In this document: positions 9,247 to 18,626 of the stretch, one piece after another
Position numbering within the stretch: the stretch's first letter is position 1
How the letters are laid out: each line of letters starts with the position of its first letter
Made by a program: the position numbers and the translations under genes
Notes under the pieces: generated by a model
Database searches by the model: none
Told to the model about the DNA's origin: nothing
What the model saw: only the letters and a program-made list of their open reading frames with translations
Sequence record: NC_101837.1
Origin: a phage
Length of the DNA: 64,000 nucleotides
Direction: 5' to 3' (one strand)

Positions 9247-9872
9247 GAGAGCGTCTATTATCCATAGACCAGTCGTTGACACACACAGCTTGCGTTGTAT
9301 GGGACGATGGAAAGCCTGTTCATAAGGTTGTGTTACGAACTCAAAGCTCATCTGCAAAAGAGAAGAAACCAGGGACGGTTTCTTTTGCAACAGCTGCTGA
9401 GCGTATTGACTGGATCTGCAAACAGGTCAGGTATTATATCCACACGTACGGCGTTGACACCGTAGTTATGGAAGGGCTTTCCTTTGGATCACGCGGAGAT
9501 GCCACACGTGAACTGGCTGGGTTGTTTTACGGTCTTGAAGTTATGCTTTGGGATGCTTTAGCTGATTGTGAAAATGACGGCCTGTTTAAGGTCCACACAG
9601 TGACACCAACAACTGCCAAAAAGTTTGCTCGTAGTCATCTTCCTGAGGAACTTGCTTTCGAGGAGAAGAAAAAGCTTGACAAAAAGACAGGTAAAGAGCA
9701 TACTGTGAAGAAACCTGTTACGATGGATAAAAAGTTGATGGTTAAGGCCTGCGAAGTATCTGAACCTGGGTTCCTAGATGGGATCAATTTGGTACAAGGT
9801 AAGGCCGATCTCGCAGATGCTTATTGGATAGGCAGGGCGCATCTGGAGGGATTATCGCAAAGCGTAAAATAA
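9243..9872 (+). CDS. RuvC-like Holliday junction resolvase (putative)
   Basis: SIDQSLTHTACVV N-terminal strand, VVMEG, DLADAYWIG pattern of RuvC/YqgF fold; weak. Confidence 0.5.
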   Translation: MRERLLSIDQSLTHTACVVWDDGKPVHKVVLRTQSSSAKEKKPGTVSFATAAERIDWICKQVRYYIHTYGVDTVVMEGLSFGSRGDATRELAGLFYGLEVMLWDALADCENDGLFKVHTVTPTTAKKFARSHLPEELAFEEKKKLDKKTGKEHTVKKPVTMDKKLMVKACEVSEPGFLDGINLVQGKADLADAYWIGRAHLEGLSQSVK

Positions 9873-10429
9873 GAAAGAGAGCTGTCAAAGCCCCCGTTCA
9901 TAACGGGTGGTTAAAAGATTCTAAGGACATAGCCAACTTTCGAAAAGAATTGTCAGAGGAGCAGGATGGTCTTGATCCGATCTTGTGCGAGCCACTTCGT
10001 AAGCCTTGTTTGGATCATGACCATCTGACTGGTCGTTGCAGGGGTGTTTTGTCACAATGCACTAATACCTTTGAGGGGTATGTGCTTAAATACTGGATGA
10101 AATACTGTAACGAGTATACAGATTGCAGTTTATCAGAGGCGTTGCGCCGGATGGCTGACTATTTGGAGAAAGACTACAGCGACTTCCCGCTCCACAAAAA
10201 CTACAGAGATGATATGACAAAGTTCTTGAGGAGATGCTCTAAAGCTACGATCATTGCACGAGCAGAATCAGATCTCAATCTTGTCATTAATCCAGAGTGC
10301 ACCAAGCATGAGGCTATTGAGTTCTACATGCAAGAGTTTATAAAGAAAACTGAGGAGAGAGATTTCTATGGGGATGAAAAAGGTATTCAATCCTTGCGAC
10401 TCAGTCCTGATCAGGATGAAATACCGTAA
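9824..10429 (+). CDS. endonuclease VII-like recombination endonuclease
   Basis: CLDHDHLTGRCRGVLSQCTNTFEG matches T4 endo VII zinc/HNH motif; no in-frame ATG before motif, overlaps upstream gene by ~50 nt. Confidence 0.65.
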   Translation: MDRQGASGGIIAKRKIRKRAVKAPVHNGWLKDSKDIANFRKELSEEQDGLDPILCEPLRKPCLDHDHLTGRCRGVLSQCTNTFEGYVLKYWMKYCNEYTDCSLSEALRRMADYLEKDYSDFPLHKNYRDDMTKFLRRCSKATIIARAESDLNLVINPECTKHEAIEFYMQEFIKKTEERDFYGDEKGIQSLRLSPDQDEIP

Positions 10430-10589
10430 CTGGAAAGGTGTTGTTGCAGATCGCTGCGTTACTGAGCCTAATTTATGGTTTGGCTCTACAGAGTATCATA
10501 AAGAAGAGCAGTGGTTGATGCGTGCCTTCGATGTAGACAAGGGCGAATATCGTGACTTCGCTTTAAAAGACATTCTTCAGTTTTACTAA
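10368..10589 (+). CDS. hypothetical protein (73 aa)
   Basis: ORF overlapping 3' end of previous gene in another frame. Confidence 0.35.
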   Translation: MGMKKVFNPCDSVLIRMKYRNWKGVVADRCVTEPNLWFGSTEYHKEEQWLMRAFDVDKGEYRDFALKDILQFY

Positions 10590-10601
10590 GGAATCTTAAC
10601 G

Positions 10602-11585
10602 ATGATGACAAAGTTAACTCTTGAGCAAATTTTAACACTAAAGCAACAGGGATACACTAATAGACAAATTGCTCGTGAATTTTTAGGCCGTGAGTCACGT
10701 GAGAGCTGGATCCGACTACAGCTTAAACGTGCACAGGAGAATATGTCAGAGATTGTAGGAGAAGCAACGGAGCGCTTCCTTGAAGAGCACAAAGGTGCTA
10801 AAGTTTGGGTGTATGATACAGAGACATCTCCAACAAACGGCTGGTTCTTTGGGCACTATAAGACCAACATTCAAACCTGCGGTATTGAAATTATGCCCTA
10901 CATGCTAACTTTCGCAGGTAAGTGGTTAGACAGTCCTAGTGTGGTTGACTGCGCTCTTCCCGATTACAAAATGTGGGATGAGGATATTCACAATGATCTC
11001 GAATTGATTCAGGATTTGTGGTATTATCTAGATAAATGTGATGTCGCAGTAGCCCACAATTCAGGTTTTGACTGTGGGTGGGCCAACCAACGATTTGCAT
11101 TTCACGGGTTGCCTCCAACAAGCCCCTACAAAGAGGTTGACACCCTTAAAATGATCAAGAAGGCATTCCGTTTGAATGCAAACACTTTGGAGTATGCATG
11201 CAAATACTTCCAACTGGCCCGACAGAAACTGATTGATCACACATTTGAAATGTGGATCAAGTGTGTCCATGGTGATCTTGAGGCATTTAAACAGATGCGG
11301 GAGTATAATGTTGGTGATATCCTGTCTCTGGAAGGACTGTATTTGCTGGCTCGCCCGTTTGCTAAGCAGCACCCAAACATGTCATTGTACTATCAAGACG
11401 AGGAGCCAAAAGTTCGTTGTCCACGCTGTGGTGGAGAACACCTTCACGAGGAAGAAGCTTTGGCGTATACTCAACTGAGTGCATTTAAAACATACCGCTG
11501 CGAAGGTTGTGGATCTGTTGTTCGTGACCGTAACAACATCCGCACCAGAGAAGAAATGAAAAACACCCTGATTCAGATAATCTAA
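10602..11585 (+). CDS. DEDD-family 3'-5' exonuclease with C-terminal zinc ribbon
   Basis: VYDTETS (Exo I), VAHNSGFD (Exo II), CPRCGG...CEGCG ribbon. Confidence 0.6.
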   Translation: MMTKLTLEQILTLKQQGYTNRQIAREFLGRESRESWIRLQLKRAQENMSEIVGEATERFLEEHKGAKVWVYDTETSPTNGWFFGHYKTNIQTCGIEIMPYMLTFAGKWLDSPSVVDCALPDYKMWDEDIHNDLELIQDLWYYLDKCDVAVAHNSGFDCGWANQRFAFHGLPPTSPYKEVDTLKMIKKAFRLNANTLEYACKYFQLARQKLIDHTFEMWIKCVHGDLEAFKQMREYNVGDILSLEGLYLLARPFAKQHPNMSLYYQDEEPKVRCPRCGGEHLHEEEALAYTQLSAFKTYRCEGCGSVVRDRNNIRTREEMKNTLIQII

Positions 11586-11593
11586 CAATTATA

Positions 11594-11616
11594 GGGAGGC
11601 TTGCGCCTCCCTTTTC
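11594..11616 (+). terminator. intrinsic terminator
   Basis: GGGAGGC/GCCTCCC stem, TTGC loop, then TTTTCC. Confidence 0.65.
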
Positions 11617-11630
11617 CTCTTGGAGGCACT

Positions 11631-12449
11631 TTGAGCAAGAAAGAGTCCAACGACAAATACTACACAAACCCTGAGTATGCAGAATATCTTGTTGGTAAAG
11701 TAAAAGATAAGTATGGGAATTGTGCATACGTTGAGCCTTCTGCTGGAAGGGGTTCTTTTTCAAAACTATTTTCAGAGATACTGTCGTACGATTTAGTACC
11801 AGATCCTGAATTTGAAGGACCAACACCGTGCATTCAGGCAAACTTCTTGGAGGTGCATCCCAAGGCAGATGTCTTCATAGGTAACCCACCATTTGGCAAG
11901 AATTCATCCTTAGCTTGCAAATTCTTTAACCATTGTGCATCATTGCTAGAGCTTGGAGGGGCTATAGCCTTCATCTTGCCACGGACATTTGAAAAAATAT
12001 TTTTTGCAAACAAACTGGACATGTCGATGCACCTTGTCTACAGCGAAAGGTGCCCTAAGAATTCGTTTTTACTTAATGGCAAACCTTATGACGTGCCATG
12101 TGTTTTCCAAATTTGGGAGAAAAAGGCGTGCAATAGGGATCCTGTAGAGATTGGAGAGAATAAGTTATTTTCTTTTAGCACACCAGATGACTACGACTTC
12201 TGTGTAAGACGTGTTGGGTATAATGCTGGAAAAGTATTGGGGGATGATGACCCAAAATCTGAAGAATCAACATATTTCATAAAATCTTTAGTTGACGGTG
12301 TTGACAGAGTGTTTGCTGAATGCTATTCTTCTTTTCAAGAAGAAGCAGGTAAGACTGCTGGAATGAAGAGTATAGGTAAGAAAGAACTACAATACATTTT
12401 GGAGACCAGGTATGATCAAAAGCATAGACTTGACCAAAGAACTTACTGA
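11631..12449 (+). CDS. DNA N6-adenine methyltransferase (putative)
   Basis: VEPSAGRGSF (AdoMet motif I-like) and FIGNPPFG (motif IV); TTG at 11631 after GGAGG; track start 11601 lies inside terminator. Confidence 0.6.
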   Translation: MSKKESNDKYYTNPEYAEYLVGKVKDKYGNCAYVEPSAGRGSFSKLFSEILSYDLVPDPEFEGPTPCIQANFLEVHPKADVFIGNPPFGKNSSLACKFFNHCASLLELGGAIAFILPRTFEKIFFANKLDMSMHLVYSERCPKNSFLLNGKPYDVPCVFQIWEKKACNRDPVEIGENKLFSFSTPDDYDFCVRRVGYNAGKVLGDDDPKSEESTYFIKSLVDGVDRVFAECYSSFQEEAGKTAGMKSIGKKELQYILETRYDQKHRLDQRTY

Positions 12450-12870
12450 TGCAAAAGCTTTTGGTGAGACAGCGGTACAAAGAGGACAGGCGATGGGACT
12501 GGCACTACCTTTCGTCTTAAAAGAGCACTTTACAGATTTTCAACTTATCAAAGGTGATAAGGGAATGCTTATCCTGGAGCATAAGTTGAGTAAGAAACGC
12601 TATAAAGTCGTTTTTAATTCTAAAGCTCCAACAAAACTGGGATTCAGAACTTACAATCTTAACCCATCCTACACTAAGGGTGTTGGAAGGGTAGAACAAC
12701 AGCATTTCAGTGCCAGAGCTTCTTTAGCCCCTTTGATGCTAAATTTCTCAGGGGTGGCTTTAGGATACCTTGATAAGAAAAGGGTTCTTCATGTTCGTTT
12801 CACAGACTTTGTAACGCTTTTAGCTAACAACGAGGTTGATGAGAAGGGACGTGTAAAAACAAACTTCTAA
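12412..12870 (+). CDS. hypothetical protein (152 aa)
   Basis: Tiled ORF. Confidence 0.45.
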   Translation: MIKSIDLTKELTDAKAFGETAVQRGQAMGLALPFVLKEHFTDFQLIKGDKGMLILEHKLSKKRYKVVFNSKAPTKLGFRTYNLNPSYTKGVGRVEQQHFSARASLAPLMLNFSGVALGYLDKKRVLHVRFTDFVTLLANNEVDEKGRVKTNF

Positions 12871-12897
12871 TAACGCATAGTATGATTGGAGACCGAA

Positions 12898-13089
12898 ATG
12901 ACACTAGAGTTAACAATTCCAGACAGCTTTTCAGAAAACTTTATCCCAGAAATGATGAGTAAGATGCGATCATTGCTTGATCAGATTGAGGAGGCTGTTT
13001 GGGAAGACGATGCTGTAGTGGCTAACGAGCTGGTAGATAAGTGTAAAAGTATTATTGATGCAGTTGAAGAATACCACGGAGGTTTTTAA
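12898..13089 (+). CDS. hypothetical acidic protein
   Basis: ATG 12898 preceded by GGAG; track start TTG 12886. Confidence 0.4.
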   Translation: MTLELTIPDSFSENFIPEMMSKMRSLLDQIEEAVWEDDAVVANELVDKCKSIIDAVEEYHGGF

Positions 13090-13703
13090 TGGATATTATT
13101 GTTCTTAACGCCCCACCCAGCAGTGGTAAGGATCACATTGCAGATCTCTTGTTGGAAGCTATTCCTAACTCACACCACCGTGAGGTTAAGGAAATGCTCT
13201 TCAGTGTGGCAATTAAGGCAGCTGGTGTAACTCCTCAACTCTGGAATGCACTTTATGACCGCCACTACAAAGAAGAGCCTTGCCCTTTCTTAATGATAGA
13301 CGGCAAGCATGTTTCTCCGCGAGAATGGATGATCCATTGTAGTGAAGATCTGATTAAACCTATCTTTGGTGAAGATGCTTTCGGTAAAGCCGCAGTCGCA
13401 TCTTTGAAGAAAGATTTTCCTGAAAGTAAAGGGGTTATTGTTTACTCCGATGGTGGATTTAAAGAGGAGCTGGCATGCCTTAGCGAGTACGCATACAGCA
13501 CAGGTGGAGATCTGTTGTTGTTCCGTATTCACCGTGTAGGATATGACTGGGGAAATGATTCCAGAACCTATCTAAGTCTGGAAAAGAACGGAATAAAAGG
13601 GGTTGAGTTTGATGTTGTAAACCCTGAAGGTGCACCTTGGGAGTGTGCATCGGAGATTGTGTGCAAGTATATTGATGCTAAAGAGGCCCAAGAAGAATGT
13701 TAA
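13089..13703 (+). CDS. deoxynucleoside monophosphate kinase (T4 gp1-like)
   Basis: P-loop NAPPSSGKDHIADLL resembles T4 dNMP kinase SGKD motif. Confidence 0.6.
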   Translation: MDIIVLNAPPSSGKDHIADLLLEAIPNSHHREVKEMLFSVAIKAAGVTPQLWNALYDRHYKEEPCPFLMIDGKHVSPREWMIHCSEDLIKPIFGEDAFGKAAVASLKKDFPESKGVIVYSDGGFKEELACLSEYAYSTGGDLLLFRIHRVGYDWGNDSRTYLSLEKNGIKGVEFDVVNPEGAPWECASEIVCKYIDAKEAQEEC

Positions 13704-14290
13704 TCGGAATTGATGTAGATTTGACACTGGTAGATTCAGGAACAGCATGGTGGGAGTGGTTGGAGCGTTTGTATGGTCCAGCCAGTAAGACAGTCGCTAA
13801 ACCTTCTAACGGACTGATGTATTACGATCTGTCAAAGTATTGGCCTGATCGCCCCAAAGAAAACATCATAGGGCCTTTTGATTTCTGGAGTGACCCGTTC
13901 CTTTACGACTTTCTTAAGCCTGAAGAGGGGGCTATTGAGGTTATGAAAGATTTGGTGGCTCGTGGTCACAAGCTTGCGTTTATCTCGGTATGCAAGAAAG
14001 GTCACCTTGCATCTAAATCAAGGTTCTTAAAGCGTTGGACCAGTGATTTTATGGATCTGGACGATCACACCCAGGGCCACGGATTCTACGCCACACATTT
14101 CAAAGGGAATGTGGCTGTAGATGTTATAATTGACGACAGGCATGAATACCTGAACCAATTCGCTTCACGACCTGAAGTTATTAAAATCCTAAAAGATACG
14201 CCTTATGAGCAATTCGAGGAGTTAAAGGTCAGTATTGACTATGCCGCTAATAGCTGGTATAAAATAGGAAAGTTTTTAGAAGGTATTTGA
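13697..14290 (+). CDS. HAD-superfamily phosphatase / 5'-nucleotidase
   Basis: N-terminal DxDxT motif (GIDVDLTLVDSG), C-terminal IIDDR. Confidence 0.6.
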   Translation: MLIGIDVDLTLVDSGTAWWEWLERLYGPASKTVAKPSNGLMYYDLSKYWPDRPKENIIGPFDFWSDPFLYDFLKPEEGAIEVMKDLVARGHKLAFISVCKKGHLASKSRFLKRWTSDFMDLDDHTQGHGFYATHFKGNVAVDVIIDDRHEYLNQFASRPEVIKILKDTPYEQFEELKVSIDYAANSWYKIGKFLEGI

Positions 14291-14291
14291 A

Positions 14292-14492
14292 ATGGGCAGA
14301 TGTTCTAAAGGTGGCGATCCTGTAGTCAGATACGGAGACTGGCTAGAGGTATATAATCTGGAGGGAAAGCTAGTGTATGCTTCCAGGATCACCCAGGATA
14401 TGTGCTCTGATATGTTTAACAGGTACCTTGCATTTAAGGCCAACATAAACCCAGACGAAATTTCCAAAATTAAAACAAGGAGAGCTAAATAA
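14292..14492 (+). CDS. hypothetical protein (66 aa)
   Basis: Tiled small ORF. Confidence 0.4.
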   Translation: MGRCSKGGDPVVRYGDWLEVYNLEGKLVYASRITQDMCSDMFNRYLAFKANINPDEISKIKTRRAK

Positions 14493-15475
14493 TGCTAAAA
14501 CTGTGCACTGCAAAGATTATTGCTGACAGCATTTCCGAGAAAGGTAAGCGTATAACCACTTTTGAGCTAGAGTATCCTAGAATCATTCACTCTGAACTCA
14601 TGACACACCGAGTTTTCAGCAGAAACGCCATGTCCTCTCGTGCAGTACCTGTTAACAAAATGCTGCAGCAGGTTGTGGAAAATCCTGCAATGCCAGTTCG
14701 TTTTGGTGTAAACCAGCGAGGTATGGAGGATGGTGGCGATCACGATCAGAAGATCCGTGTAGAGTATACTGATCTTGAGTTCTCTCCTGAAGAGTTCTGG
14801 AAAGAAGCTGCCAAAAATGCAGCCTGGCATGCAGAGAAGTTCGCACTTGCTGGTTACCATAAGCAAGTATGTAACCGCTTAGTGGAGCCTTTTCAGCGCA
14901 TGAAAACAGTTGTAACAAGCACCGAGTGGAATAATTTTTTCCACCTCCGTTGCTGGCACGATGCGGATCCTACGATTCAGATGTTGGCTAATTGTATGTG
15001 GGAGGCTCTTGGGAATAGCACTCCTGAAATCCTTAAACCGGGTCAATGGCACACCCCATATGTAGAGCACGTTTATTTGGACGGAGAGTTTAACTACGCT
15101 GTGCGTGACACAGAAGGAAAGCTCTGCATTCTCGATACTAAAGAAGCTCTGTCTATCAGTGCTAGTTGCTGTGCACAAGTATCTTATCGAAATATTGACA
15201 GCACGTTTGAAAAGGCAGACAGCGTGGCTAAAAAATTGATTGGTGGGGATCGTATTCATGCAAGCCCTTACGAGCACCAGGCAACACCCATGGATCACGA
15301 TAACGCAATGGAACGTTTAAACTACTACCTGTCTTCATGTGAAATCACACAAGACATCAGTACTTGGCAGGAAGGTGTAACCCATCAAGACCGTGATGGT
15401 AAATTCTGGTCTGCCAACTTTTGTGGGTGGGTTCAGCACAGACAACTGCTTAATAACCACTTCGTGAAAGGTTAA
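14492..15475 (+). CDS. thyX: flavin-dependent thymidylate synthase ThyX
   Basis: ThyX signature (T/R)HR-x7-S: THRVFSRNAMSSR; size consistent. Confidence 0.6.
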   Translation: MLKLCTAKIIADSISEKGKRITTFELEYPRIIHSELMTHRVFSRNAMSSRAVPVNKMLQQVVENPAMPVRFGVNQRGMEDGGDHDQKIRVEYTDLEFSPEEFWKEAAKNAAWHAEKFALAGYHKQVCNRLVEPFQRMKTVVTSTEWNNFFHLRCWHDADPTIQMLANCMWEALGNSTPEILKPGQWHTPYVEHVYLDGEFNYAVRDTEGKLCILDTKEALSISASCCAQVSYRNIDSTFEKADSVAKKLIGGDRIHASPYEHQATPMDHDNAMERLNYYLSSCEITQDISTWQEGVTHQDRDGKFWSANFCGWVQHRQLLNNHFVKG

Positions 15476-15504
15476 TCCTATCACAGCGATAGGTAACTTT
15501 TGTG

Positions 15505-15533
15505 TTGACTAATAGTATTAGATAATCTATAAT
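15505..15533 (+). promoter_or_regulatory. sigma70-like promoter
   Basis: TTGACT, 17-bp spacer, TATAAT. Confidence 0.65.
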
Positions 15534-15573
15534 AATGGCTCACTTTGTTAGTGAGCCAGAAATGGAGACAGAT

Positions 15574-16035
15574 ATGAGTAATGTTATGATTCCTAAAAAG
15601 ACATTTATTTCAGTTACTTTGGATTTCCTATCTACCGTTCCCGGGTTTAACGTTCGCACACGAAACGGTCTCCGAGCTGCACTCTTTGCCGTAGGGTTTG
15701 ATTTAAAAAGTATTGATGTTCTTCGTGGAAAAAACGTTCGATGCAAAAATAAGCCAACACATTATCGAAAGGCAGATGTATTTGCTGGTGTCATGCGTGC
15801 AGACTTTAGATACCCGCAAATGTATAACGGTGTAGATATTTTAGACGTAGATAAAGCACCCGGTGAGGCAATGCTTGTGCAAGATCTTCCGTATGATATC
15901 CCTGTAGAGGATCGTGTTAATGTAAGAAAGTATACAAAACAATCTGAAAAGGCTGAAGATATTCATATTGTTGATGAACCTTTCAATTTTGAAGATCTGC
16001 ATCGCCTGGAAAAATTATTCGGTATTGAAAGCTAA
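15574..16035 (+). CDS. hypothetical protein
   Basis: Track ORF 15535..16035; ATG 15574 has GGAG RBS and clears the -10 element. Confidence 0.45.
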   Translation: MSNVMIPKKTFISVTLDFLSTVPGFNVRTRNGLRAALFAVGFDLKSIDVLRGKNVRCKNKPTHYRKADVFAGVMRADFRYPQMYNGVDILDVDKAPGEAMLVQDLPYDIPVEDRVNVRKYTKQSEKAEDIHIVDEPFNFEDLHRLEKLFGIES

Positions 16036-16045
16036 GGTGGTGAAG

Positions 16046-16276
16046 ATGAGTCATAACTCCAAGTGGAAGGATCTTGGTTTTGCAAGTCGGGCAGAGTATG
16101 TTGGTTGGCTTTGGTTCAATGGCCTGACAAACGATATTAAAATGTATGATGATGTCTATTATGACGAGTATACAGGTAAAATTATAAATATCTCTGTAGA
16201 AGAGGATACTTTTATCCAGCAAGATACTGATACCTGCCTTGATAAATACGTTAGTGAAGTGGAGGAAGCAAATTGA
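16046..16276 (+). CDS. hypothetical protein (76 aa)
   Basis: ATG after GGTGGTGAAG; internal start in track ORF 15968..16276. Confidence 0.4.
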   Translation: MSHNSKWKDLGFASRAEYVGWLWFNGLTNDIKMYDDVYYDEYTGKIINISVEEDTFIQQDTDTCLDKYVSEVEEAN

Positions 16277-18588
16277 TCACCAAGGTAATTAAAAGCAACG
16301 GATGTGAAGTGGCATTCGATCCAGAACGTTTAAATAAGGCAGCTATTTTCGGTGACGACGGTAACGGCAATTGGTCACATATTGCACTGGATGCCTACAA
16401 GCGGTTGTATGATGGATGTACAACCAAAGAAGTTAACCAAGCTATTATAGACTCTTGTGTTAGCCGTAAAGACGAAGCACATTCCCGTATGGCTGGTCGT
16501 GTTCTTATTGGTCAGATTTATAAAGAGGCTTTTGGAGGGTTTACAAAGATCCCTTCCTTACCATCATTTTACAATACCATGGTTGAGAAAGGGTATTGGG
16601 AGGATATGGGCTATAGCTTTACCGAGCTAAACACTTTAGACGCTGTTATTGACCACAGTAAAGATCTCGGTTATGGCTATGCAGTCCTTAAACAGTTTCG
16701 CGACAAATACGGGATCAAGGATACTCTTAAAGACACCCTGTTTGAATCTCCCCAGATGATGTTTATGGGGATAGCAATGGCTGTCATGAAGAATATGCCG
16801 AAAGAACGTCGTATCAACGATGTTGTAAAATTATACACTTATCTGTCCGACTTAAAGATCAATGCCCCGACACCGTACTTAAACGGGCTGCGCACAGGTA
16901 AGACAGGGTATGCATCTTGTTGTGTAATAAAAGCTGACGATACAGCAAAATCTATTGGTGTGGCACGTGAAGTTGCGTACACAATGACGGTTAACCAAGC
17001 AGGTATCGGCTACTACTTATCCTCAAGATCTGCAGGCGATGGTGTTCGTGGTAACACTATTAAACATATGGGTAAGATTCCATATTATCGAGGTATTGAT
17101 GCTGGTGTTAAGGAGAACAGACAACAATCACGTGGCGGTTCTGCAACAGTATCATTCCTTGCACTGGACCCGCAGATTGATGAGCTAATCCGTTTGAGAA
17201 ACCCTATGACTGTTGCTTCAAAAAGAATCAACACCATGGACTACTCCATCGGTATTAATAGGTCGTTTATCAACCGTGTGGCTAAGAATTTAGATTGGAT
17301 GCTTGTTTCTTATAAGCACGCTCCTCAACTGCATGAGGGTATCTTCACCATGTCTATGGAGGAGTTCGATGCAGAGGTTGAGCGTATTGCTAAAGATGAC
17401 AGTATTCCTAAAACATGGATCCGAGCCAGAGATCTTGCTGTTGAACTGATCACGCAGCGTACTGAGGTGGGAAGGCTGTATGTATACTGGACAGATGAGA
17501 TGAATAGACATACACCTTTTAAAGATGTGATCTATTCAAGTAACCTGTGTGCAGAAATAGCCCTCCCGACAAAAGGCTATTCAGATATGCGTAATATCTT
17601 CAAGTACGATGCTGATGATGGAGAGGTTGCATTGTGCTTCCTGTCATCTCTTGTAGCTGGAAGGGTTACTCCAGAGGAGTATGAGGATGTTGCATACTAC
17701 ACGGTGCTTATGATTGACAATGTTATGGAAATCATGACATATCCGTATGAAAATATGGAAAGCACAGTTAAAAAACGCAGATCCATCGGGGTTGGCCTTA
17801 CCAATGTTGCACATTTTATTGCCAGCCACAAGGTTACTTACGGGTCTCCTGAAAGTAAACAGCTCGTTCACGATCTTGCAGAACTTCACAGCTACAGCTT
17901 GCATAAGGCAAGTTTACGGTTGGCAAAAGAGCGTGGTGTCTGCGAGTGGATGCATAAAACAAAATATCCAGAAGGTTGGTTACCAATCGACACCTATAAC
18001 AAAGAGGTCGATAGCGTGGTGAAAGATCCTTCTCTTAAACAGGATTGGGAAGGGTTACGTAAAGAAATCATTGAGAATGGTGGGCTACGTAATAGCGTTC
18101 TTGAAGCATATATGCCTAATGAAAGCTCTTCGCTGGCAACAAACACCACTAACGGGGTTTATCCTGTCCGTGAGCACATTATCTTTAAAAAGTCGCCACA
18201 AGGGCAGGTGCTGTTTATCGTTCCTGACTATGATGAGTTGAAAGAGTATTACACCTCGGCTTGGGACGTTGATACTAACGACATGATCGATATGTATGCC
18301 GTGATTCAAAAATTCACAGGTCAGGCAATCAGCGCGGATTTATACATAGACTACACCAAGTTGAAAGATGGTAAAATTTCAATGAAGGAGCAGTTAGGGT
18401 ACCTTATCCGTGCCACTAAATTCGGGATGAAGACATGGTATTATTTAAACTCTAGGGTTGGTGCTGGTGACTCCTTGGCAGAGGAACTTCATGCCAAGAA
18501 ACAGGCTGAAGATGAAACCAGAAAGAACTATCCTTTGATTGCAGATAGTTCAGTTGAAGATCCGTATTGCGAAAGCTGTGCACTATAA
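16273..18588 (+). CDS. nrdA: ribonucleotide reductase class Ia large subunit
   Basis: 771 aa, N-terminal ATP cone, NLCAEIALP active-site region, C-terminal CESCAL. Confidence 0.9.
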   Translation: MITKVIKSNGCEVAFDPERLNKAAIFGDDGNGNWSHIALDAYKRLYDGCTTKEVNQAIIDSCVSRKDEAHSRMAGRVLIGQIYKEAFGGFTKIPSLPSFYNTMVEKGYWEDMGYSFTELNTLDAVIDHSKDLGYGYAVLKQFRDKYGIKDTLKDTLFESPQMMFMGIAMAVMKNMPKERRINDVVKLYTYLSDLKINAPTPYLNGLRTGKTGYASCCVIKADDTAKSIGVAREVAYTMTVNQAGIGYYLSSRSAGDGVRGNTIKHMGKIPYYRGIDAGVKENRQQSRGGSATVSFLALDPQIDELIRLRNPMTVASKRINTMDYSIGINRSFINRVAKNLDWMLVSYKHAPQLHEGIFTMSMEEFDAEVERIAKDDSIPKTWIRARDLAVELITQRTEVGRLYVYWTDEMNRHTPFKDVIYSSNLCAEIALPTKGYSDMRNIFKYDADDGEVALCFLSSLVAGRVTPEEYEDVAYYTVLMIDNVMEIMTYPYENMESTVKKRRSIGVGLTNVAHFIASHKVTYGSPESKQLVHDLAELHSYSLHKASLRLAKERGVCEWMHKTKYPEGWLPIDTYNKEVDSVVKDPSLKQDWEGLRKEIIENGGLRNSVLEAYMPNESSSLATNTTNGVYPVREHIIFKKSPQGQVLFIVPDYDELKEYYTSAWDVDTNDMIDMYAVIQKFTGQAISADLYIDYTKLKDGKISMKEQLGYLIRATKFGMKTWYYLNSRVGAGDSLAEELHAKKQAEDETRKNYPLIADSSVEDPYCESCAL

Positions 18589-18593
18589 TTTTA

Positions 18594-18614
18594 AAGGGGC
18601 TTCGGCCCCATTTT
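18594..18614 (+). terminator. putative intrinsic terminator
   Basis: GGGGC-TTCG-GCCCC hairpin followed by ATTTT. Confidence 0.6.
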
Positions 18615-18626
18615 AGAGGTAGAATA

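Noticed and set aside
14567-15298. Minus-strand ORFs inside thyX (14567..14866, 14652..14918, 14879..15298)
   Set aside because: Antisense to a gene with a recognisable catalytic motif.
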